In this document: in pieces, positions 1-6,599 of the stretch
Layout: every line of letters begins with the position of its first letter
How positions within the stretch are numbered: the stretch's first letter is position 1
Assembly (NCBI GenBank): GCA_043228905.1
Contig: JBHGNT010001500.1
Coordinates: forward strand, 1 to 6,599
Direction: 5' to 3'
DNA: 6,599 nt
Source of the DNA: Azolla caroliniana
Taxonomy: Eukaryota; Plantae; Polypodiophyta
Position numbers and translations under genes: made by a program
The notes under the pieces: generated by a model
What the model saw: the letters and a program-made list of their open reading frames with translations, nothing else
Told to the model about the DNA's origin: nothing
Databases searched by the model: none

Positions 1-599
1 AAGATGGAGGTCTTCAAGAGCTTTCAAATGCACTTTACTACATAAGAAAGGAACATCTAAGTCTCAAGTTATGTGGGTAGGAAGTTTGCAAAGGAAAAGA
101 GAAAGATAAAACTGTGAGATATCCCACATAGACAAGACAAATAACGATCTCACCATATATAAGGCAGAGCAAAAGCTATTATATTTGTGTTTATGTGTGG
201 AGCATAGAGAGTTCAAGGTGACTTGAACTAAGCTAATTGGATGAATGGGTGTGACCTAACTACTTGTAAAAGTTTTTGGCCAACCAAAACCGGCGGCCGG
301 CATCCGGCGACGTGGACCGAACCGGATCGGGATGCGGACTGGGCCGGACCAAACGGATGCAAATTGGACGGATCGGTCAATCGCGGTGCATGGTGTCTTA
401 AAGATATTTGGTTCAAAAGACTAATAGTAGTTTGTGCATAAAAGAGAAAGATGTAAGCAAGAATTGAACTTTGCACCTCCAAGATAGGTAGTAATAATAG
501 GCTTACCATTAAGCCAAATCATTTCTTTAAGGACTATATTTTTATCATTATAGATTTACATAGAAATTCTCATATTAGAGCTTTATTGAGTGACATGTG

Positions 600-687
600 A
601 TGCATGAGCACCAAATGGAAAACATGCATCACATGCATTCCATGCATTGTATGCATGTCTTGTACCCACACATGCATCATATGCATG
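600..687. repeat. Degenerate 9-bp-period tandem array of ATGCAT / RY (CATGCA) motifs
   Basis: ATGCAT at 600, 624, 633, 642, 651, 672 and 681. Units catgcatca-catgcattc-catgcattg-tatgcatgt span 623-658. Confidence 0.8.
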
Positions 688-695
688 GGAGCATC

Positions 696-702
696 TATAA
701 AA
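696..702 (+). promoter_or_regulatory. Putative TATA box of the host LTR
   Basis: TATAAAA in a CTATAAAAGG context typical of plant LTR promoters, ~260 nt upstream of the LTR end. Confidence 0.55.
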
Positions 703-830
703 GGGTGGATGAAAAAGATCAAAGGGGGGCAATGTATTAATCAAGAAATTAAAAGTAAGAAATTCGTTATCCAATTAATGTATCAATCTTGTTCTTCAAT
801 CTAAAGTCAAGTGTTCTATTTTATCTCAAG

Positions 831-844
831 CTCTCTCTCTCTCT
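831..844 (+). repeat. (CT)7 microsatellite / pyrimidine patch in the host LTR
   Basis: ctctctctctctct seen directly. Confidence 0.85.
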
Positions 845-968
845 TTCAATCTATCTTAAATAGTTTCTTGCTAAAGCTTGTGCAAACTTCGAATCCTTTC
901 GGTCCAGAACCCCGGCGGTTCCACCTCACGATCTGCACGTAGTGATGGATCTTCATGACATAATTAAG

Positions 969-986
969 TGGTGAACCTGACGTGAA
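969..986 (+). other. Primer-binding site complementary to the 3' end of tRNA-Trp
   Basis: TGGTGAACCTGACGTGAA matches the reverse complement of the plant cytosolic tRNA-Trp 3' end as I recall it (...TTCACGTCGGGTTCACCA gives TGGTGAACCCGACGTGAA) at 17/18. The mismatch is a CpG C>T at 978. Confidence 0.8.
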
Positions 987-1032
987 AGAGGTGGTAGGAA
1001 GGATCAAATCGAGGATCAACCGATACTTGGAG

Positions 1033-2129
1033 ATGGCATCCTCAAGCAACCAAGCGGGAGAGTTCGAAAGGATGATGGTGATCGTCGAACAAATGATGAG
1101 ATCTCGAGACAACGATGCGAGCGTGGAGAAGGCTGTCGACCGTGTCGTTGAGCTTGAGGGTCAATTTGACGGAAGGAACATTACAAAGTTACTTGATGCA
1201 TATAGAAGGGAGATGAATCAGAGGGACGTGTCTGAAGTGCGTCAAATCACGAGTTTCAAGAGAGTGGTCGCCAATAACATCCAAAGGCACGTCATCGAGC
1301 TTCAAGAAGGGAAGACAACGTGGTCGGAGTTCGAGAAAGCGATATTAGCGGAATTCGCGACGGAAGATTTGTTGAGGATGACTCAACATGCCTTGATGAA
1401 GTGGATAGAAAAGAAGAATAAGAGGATGAGCGCTTCGAGGGTGTACGACGAGTTCGACCAAATATTTCGTCATCTCCCCGCCACAAACCACGTGCTACTT
1501 GAGGGAGACAAAACTTTGTGCTTCCTAAAGACTATGGATATGAAGGATAGACGAGAACTGGGTACTCTCCTCGAAGATGATACCCAAGAGAACGGGCTTG
1601 TGGCGGAATGGGTTGCGGTGAAGCGAGCATGCAATAGGCTCGACAAGCGTCGTTAGTGGGTTGATGACACCGACTTGGCAGGATCGACTGTCGCGGAGAA
1701 AACAAGACAACCCGAGCCACCCAAACAAAGCAACCCGGAAGAAAAGAAGATTGATGACGACATCATCGAAGAGCTAGCGAAGAAGTTCGAGATGTTCACA
1801 TTAGCCAAAGGAAAAGAACCCTTTAGATGCGTGTGGTGCGATAGCATGGACCACATGAGAGGGGATTGGGCGAGCCTTCGAGAGGCGATCCGACAAAATA
1901 TCGTATACATGGATGAAAACATGATCTGCTCAACTGAAACTCGAAGACCCCTACGGATGAATTTCGGAAAAGGGGGAATGAAGAAATCTATGGAAGATGT
2001 TGAGGCAACTCATGTGGATGCGATGCACTATGCTACAACGGCTGGAATTAGAGTCGGAAAAGATAAAAATGAAGCTGCTAGAGTGGGAGCAAAGTTTTGG
2101 TCTTCCGTTCTCGAGTATGAGAAGATGGG
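1033..2129 (+). pseudogene. gag: gag of the host (gypsy-like) element; one in-frame stop and truncated by the copia insertion
   Basis: Track ORFs 982-1656 and 1675-2235 share a frame and are separated by a single TAG (1654-1656). Likely start is ATG 1033 (MASSSNQ). Capsid-like motifs FDGRNITK and TWSEFEKAILAEF. Knuckle C-x2-C-x4-H-x4-[W] at 1828-1869. Confidence 0.75.
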
Positions 2130-2524
2130 TGTTGAGAGACAAGCTCAACATCGGCCAGTTCGGCTGAAGAAGCCGAGGACCGGATCGGTTGGGACCGATC
2201 GGTTAGGCCGAGTGCGTAAACCGGGAGGTCGTTAGGAAATATATTCTGTAAGGAATATATTTGGGAGTTAGTGTAGGAGCTCTTGATGAGCATTGAAGTA
2301 TTGTCAGTACTTCGGTCAGTCCTTCTAGGGCTTGTATAAAAGTGTTCACTGAGCACGTCTTATGTACAGACTGAGTATTATTGTTGAATATAGTTTTTTG
2401 TGTCTTCTCTCTCACTCTCTCTGTCTCTCCCGCGTATACCGTGTAAGCTCAAGCTCTCCATTAAACCTGAGTTTCCTTCCTTCTGTCCAGTCTTCATACT
2501 TGCTTCCGCATGTTACTTTTTACA
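2130..2524 (+). repeat. 5' LTR of the copia element (~395 bp)
   Basis: The 3' end ...TTTTACA abuts the PBS (firm). The 5' end is placed at TGTTGAG (2130), where gag-like sequence gives way to palindrome-rich sequence (inferred). Internal TATAAAA and CT-rich tract at 2403-2430. Confidence 0.7.
2335..2341 (+). promoter_or_regulatory. Putative TATA box of the copia LTR
   Basis: TATAAAA mid-LTR, followed by a T/CT-rich region. Confidence 0.55.
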
Positions 2525-2536
2525 TGGTATCAGAGC
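2525..2536 (+). other. Primer-binding site, initiator tRNA-Met
   Basis: Canonical TGGTATCAGAGC directly after the LTR-terminal CA. Confidence 0.95.
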
Positions 2537-2608
2537 GCGAGGGTTGAGAACCTCTCTGCAACCGACACAGCTTGACGAAGAAGAACGAGAAGAACGATGG
2601 ATAGAGGC

Positions 2609-3543
2609 ATGGCGAGCTCGCTTCCAACAGAGAAGCTCGACAGAACCAACTACGCGTCTTAGTCCTACAAGATGCACCAGTACCTGCTTGGGCACGGCTA
2701 CTAGAGTTATGTCGAAGGAGCTAATGACGCGGCACCCGAATCGACACACAGAGACTTCCCGTCGTGGGAGCAATCGGCGAGCAGGGTACTATACTGCTTC
2801 GCATCGTGTGTGGGCGAACAACTATTGAGCTATGTTCGGGATGCAAAGACGCCGAAAGGTACGTGGGAAAATCTGAAGAAGATTTTTGCCGCGAGCACCA
2901 CAACTAGGAAGCTCCAGCTCCGACAGGAGTTGAGCAACCTACGACAACGCGACTTGTCGGTGGCGGACTATACCTCGAAGATCAAGGATATCTGCGACTC
3001 CCTCGCCTACATAGAGGTGAACATCGAGGAGAGCGAGATGGTCCAGATCTGTCTCGGAGGTTTGGCGTCGAAGTTCGAAGCGTTCCAAACGACTGTGTGT
3101 ATCCGGGAGAATACGCCGTCCTTTTTCGACTTACAGTCGATGCTCCTGGTAGAGGAGAACCACGCGGGTGCGTCGATGAGCACGCACACCGACAGCAAGA
3201 TGTTGTACACGGAGGGAGAAAGGCCCCGTGGTCGTGGCGGACGAGGCGAGTTGGTACGCAATGGAAGCGGCCGACGAGATCAAGGAAGATGGCACCGAAG
3301 TGATGCCGACAGCAACTCCGGACCCTCCGGAAACAGGGGGAGTCGAAGCGATGAGAACCGGCAAGGGAAGGCCATCACCGAGTGCTGGTACTGTGGCAAG
3401 AAAGGCCACAGGGAAAGTGAGTGCTGGAAGAAGCGCGCTGATTCGGAGAGAACCGGTTCCGGAAACGGCTCCGGACATACCGACAAGGGAAATCGGCAAC
3501 GATCACACTACGCCCAAGACTCTGGGAGAGTCGGAGAAGGTCT
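2609..3543 (+). pseudogene. gag: copia gag with CCHC zinc knuckle; two premature stops
   Basis: ATG 2609 gives MASSLPTEKLDRTNYAS*SYKMHQYLLGHGY*SYVEG..., in frame with track ORF 2810-3553. TAG at 2660 and 2702 sit at positions where copia gag has Trp. Knuckle CWYCGKKGHRESEC at 3383-3424. Confidence 0.9.
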
Positions 3544-5417
3544 GTCTTCGTGACGAGACACGAAGCAAACTCCATGAAACAGAGCACCCCGAGATCGGAC
3601 GAGGTGTGGTATGTAGACTCCGGCGCGTCAAACCACATGACAAGCCATAAGGAGTGGTTCTCGTACCTTGAAAAACCGATACAACCTCGAGTAGTCGCAA
3701 CTGGAGATGACACTCCGCATCCGATCGCAAATGTCGGAGAAGTTCCCCTTAGCCATGTCGGGCAAAAAGGGAAACTCATGAACGTGTTGCACGTTCCGAC
3801 AATCACGAAGAACTTGGTCTCGGTCGCACAGATCGTCGACCAAGGGATGGAGGTTCGGTTTACACACCTCGGGTGCTTCATTGAGGAAGAAGGCCGTGTG
3901 ATTGCGCAAGGGCGCGGAGACGGGAGGATGTTCATCCTCGACTCCACTGACGGCGGCACCGCAATGTTTGCGAAGGGACAAAAGACCGAGTCGGACATCG
4001 ACTTGTGGCACAAGTGGATAGGCCACGTCAACCACCAACGGCTTCAAGATCTGCAATCGAAACAGGTAGTGTTCGGATTGCCGAAGTTTAGTGGCCGAAA
4101 GGCACAAGTTTGTAAAGCTTGCCAGCTCGGGAAGCAACACCGACTTCCTTTCCCCAACGAGCAAAACCGGAGCCGGAACAAGCTCGACCTTATACACTCC
4201 GATGTATGGGGACCGGCACAAAACGTTAGTCTTGGCGGGAGCCGATATTTCGTCTCCTTCATCGATGACCACACGCGGCACACGTGGATCTACCTCATTG
4301 AGAGGAAGAGTGAAGTCTTCGACTGTTTCTGGGACCTCAAAGTGTTCGTGGAAACGGAAACGGGACGAAAGATCAAGTGCGTGCTGTCGGATGGCGGGAA
4401 AGAGTACTTTTCCGGTCAATTCAACGGTTATCTACAACAAATGGGAATTCAGCGCGAATTCAGTTGTAGATTCACGCCGGAGCAGAACGGCGTGGCCGAG
4501 AGGAAGAATCGGTCAGTTGTGGAAGCGGCACGGGCAATGTTGGAGGAAAAGAGCTTGCCCAAGTTCTACTAGGCCGAGGCAGTAAGGACCGTGGTATACA
4601 TCCAGAACCGGATCGGAGACAAAGTGTTGGCGCACGAGCTATATTTCGGAACGAAGCCAAACTTGCGACACTTGAGGGTGTTCGGTAGCATCGCCTATGT
4701 GCATGTACCGAAGGAGAAAAGGAGGAAGCTGGACGCAAAGGCCGAGAAATGCATCTTGGTCAGTTACTCGGACGAGCAGAAGGGTTATAAGTGTTATAAC
4801 CCTCGCACCAAACAAGCGCGTGTTAGCCGTGACGTTGTGTTTGACGAGTCCGTGTCCTGGTACCTGCCCCCGACTCCGAACCCCGACTAAAATCCGAGTT
4901 CTGATGATGAGGTCAGCGAGGCCGAGATGCCTCTGGATGAGCCCGAAATCGAGACCCGCGAAGAGAGTCCGATTTCACTCCGATTAAGTGGACCGATTGG
5001 ACGACTGAGTCGGTACGACCAGTCCGATGAAGAGCCGGCGAATAGTGGAGACTCGGCTGTGCATTCCCCGCGCAGGAAACCGAGGAGACAGCTTATGCGC
5101 AAAGAGAAAGGGAAGAAGAAGGTGTCGGATTCTGGCACGGAAAGGAACGAGTCAGACCGACGCGAGTCCAACTTCGAGGGAACCGGTGACGGGTCTTTAA
5201 AGGTGAAGGCCGCGTCGACCGAGAAGGTTTCGACATCGGCTAATGTGAGATTATGCCGATCTACCCGCCAAAAGAACCCAATTGTGCGGTTCGGTTACAA
5301 CGAGTACATGGCGCATCAGTATGCGTACATGACCCGTGTAGCAGAAGTGCGTGAGCCGGAGGGCTACGCAGAAGCGGCGAAGGATGCGAATTGGCGCGCC
5401 GCGATGGAGGAAGAGAT
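3544..5417 (+). pseudogene. pol: copia pol: aspartic protease, GAG-pre-integrase/integrase and IN-RT linker; stops at 4570 and 4888
   Basis: WYVDSGASNHMT (DSGA 3616-3627); HH-CC zinc motif (WHKWIGH...CKAC); DD35E core HSDVWGP (D 4201), SDGGKEY (D 4390), QNGVAER (E 4498); KLD and KGYKCY motifs. Track ORFs 3550-4572, 4591-4890 and 4927-5472 are one frame. Confidence 0.93.
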
Positions 5418-6599
5418 CACGCATTGGCGGAGAACGAGACCTGGGACCTGGTTGACGCACCGAAGGGTGTGAAGCTGATCGGGTGTAGATGGGTGTACAA
5501 AGTCAAGTACAACACCGATGGCTCAGTCAACCGGTACAAGGCTCGGCTAGTGGCAAAGGGCTACGCGCAGAAACACGACATCGACTACGATGAGACGTTT
5601 GCGCCGGTCGCGAAAATGACGACCGTCTGTGTTTTGCTCGCAGTAGCCGCGGCCAAGGGGTGGCACTTACGTCAGATGGATGTAAAGAATGCGTTCCTGC
5701 AAGGTGACCTTGAGGAACAGGTGTACATGGTACAGCCCCCCAGATTTCACTCTAGAACGAACTCCTCGGCAATATGCCGACTGAAGAAGTCCGTTTACGG
5801 ACTGAAGCAAGCCCCGCATGCCTGGAACGCGAAGATCATGCAACAATTGCGTCCGTTGGGCTTCGTCATGTCAAAATCGGACTCTTCCTTGTTCATCCGG
5901 AAAGGTCGACTCGGACCGGTTAGTATTTTACTGTATGTTGATGACTTGGTCATCACCGGCGCCGACCTAGGTGAAATCGACCACGTGAAGCTCCAGCTTG
6001 CGGCATCGTTCGACATGAAGGACCCGGGAGACCTTCATTACTTCCTCGGGATCGAAGTGATCCGTACCCCCAAAGGCATATTGATCAGCCAACGTCATTA
6101 CGTGCTGAGTATGCTCTTCAAACTCGGGATGGCCGATTGTAAGTCCATCTTGACTCCTCTGGACAGAACCATCAAGCTTTGTCCCGATACGGGAAAGGTA
6201 TGCGACCCGACGAGATTCCGAAAAATTGTCGGAAGCCTCATATACTTGACCATCACCCGACTCGACCTCAGGTATCCGGTCGGGGTGATCAGTCAGTTCA
6301 TGGCGCGACCTACCGAGGAGCACCTTCAGTGTGCGCAACGCGTACTGCGGTACGTAAGCGGCACTAAGGACCGCGGACTACTATATCGGACCGGTGCAGC
6401 CGCGCAGTTAGTCGGCTACACCGATGCTGATTGGGCTGGCAACGCCGCCGATCGCCGATCCACGTCCGGATACGCGTTCTCCCTCGGGAGTGCTGTGATC
6501 GCGTGGAGCAGTAAGAAGCAGCCGACAGTTGCACTGTCGAGCACCGAAGCTGAGTACCGAGGAGCGGCTATCGCGACATGCGAAGCCATATGGTTGAAG
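5418..6599 (+). pseudogene. pol: copia pol: reverse transcriptase and start of RNase H (open frame to window end, after a 1-bp deletion at ~5417)
   Basis: Hand translation gives HALAENETWDLV...CRWVYKVK...YKARLVAKGY...QMDVKNAFLQG...YGLKQA...LYVDDL (YVDD 5934-5945)...YFLGIEV...GYTDADWAG...RRSTSGY...SSTEAEY. No stop in 394 codons. Confidence 0.95.

Larger units (their letters stand above)
1..960 (+). repeat. Putative 5' LTR of the host element (5' boundary not seen, possibly upstream of the window)
   Basis: Ends in ...CTTCATGACA 8 nt before the PBS. Contains CTATAAAAGGG (695-705) and a downstream (CT)7 tract. No matching TGTCA start found in 1-960 and no second LTR copy in the window. Confidence 0.5.
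1..2129 (+). mobile_element. 5' portion of a Ty3/gypsy-like LTR retrotransposon (LTR end, tRNA-Trp PBS, gag), interrupted at 2129/2130 by a copia insertion
   Basis: Order is AT-rich non-coding region with TATA box, ...TGACA end, 18-nt tRNA-complementary PBS, then gag-like frame with zinc knuckle. Gypsy assignment is inferred from gag style and PBS, because pol is not in the window. Confidence 0.75.
2130..6599 (+). mobile_element. Ty1/copia LTR retrotransposon (5' LTR, PBS, gag-pol), continuing beyond the window
   Basis: Copia-diagnostic domain order gag-PR-IN-RT-RH, tRNA-iMet PBS, and copia RT motifs (YKARLVAKGY, QMDVKNAFL, LYVDDL). Confidence 0.97.

Noticed and set aside
228-509. Short ORFs on both strands over the GC island
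   Set aside because: Arise from locally stop-poor GC-rich sequence with no protein family features.
600-687. CRISPR-like array or bacterial RT (retron/DGR) system
   Set aside because: Repeats are 6-9 bp without spacers, and the RT is clearly eukaryotic copia type embedded in gag-pol.
604-804. Cys-rich 66-aa ORF resembling a metallothionein or peptide
   Set aside because: The CxxC periodicity is just the translation of the 9-bp CATGCA array, and the ORF crosses the putative LTR TATA box.
969-986. tRNA gene on the minus strand
   Set aside because: Only 18 nt including encoded CCA, with no cloverleaf. This is a PBS.
982-1032. GTG start for gag given by the ORF track
   Set aside because: The GTG lies inside the PBS. 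In a eukaryote ATG 1033 is the plausible start.
2247-2252. TGTAAG as alternative copia LTR start (5-bp inverted match to TTACA end)
   Set aside because: It is the loop of a hairpin whose arms lie on both sides, and the sequence looks non-gag from 2130. Not fully excluded without the 3' LTR.
2400-2828. 142-aa ORF spanning LTR, PBS and gag start
   Set aside because: Crosses non-coding LTR/PBS and is out of frame with the real gag.
3628-4419. 263-aa antisense ORF (and overlapping 218-aa ORF 3375-4031)
   Set aside because: Shadows of the GC-rich pol frame. The 263-aa ORF is codon-aligned with pol and neither shows recognisable motifs.

Overview
Eukaryotic (land-plant-like, probably non-seed plant) repetitive DNA made of two nested, same-orientation LTR retrotransposons, both pseudogenised. 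Bases 1-2129 are the 5' part of a Ty3/gypsy-type element. They hold an AT-rich LTR region ending ...CATGACA at ~960, an 18-nt primer-binding site matching tRNA-Trp (969-986), and a gag frame with a CCHC-like knuckle broken by one in-frame stop. This gag is cut at 2129/2130 by a Ty1/copia element. The copia element has a 5' LTR (~2130-2524, TGT...ACA), a tRNA-iMet PBS (2525-2536), and gag-PR-IN-RT-RNaseH from ATG 2609 to beyond the window end, with 4 in-frame stops and 2 single-base frameshifts. The ~394-codon RT/RNaseH frame (5418-6599) and the true gag start are missing from the supplied ORF track. I see no convincing novel biological system. The most notable details are the nesting junction, the Trp-primed host element, a 9-bp-periodic RY (CATGCA) array before the host LTR TATA box, and a run of hairpins at the copia LTR start.
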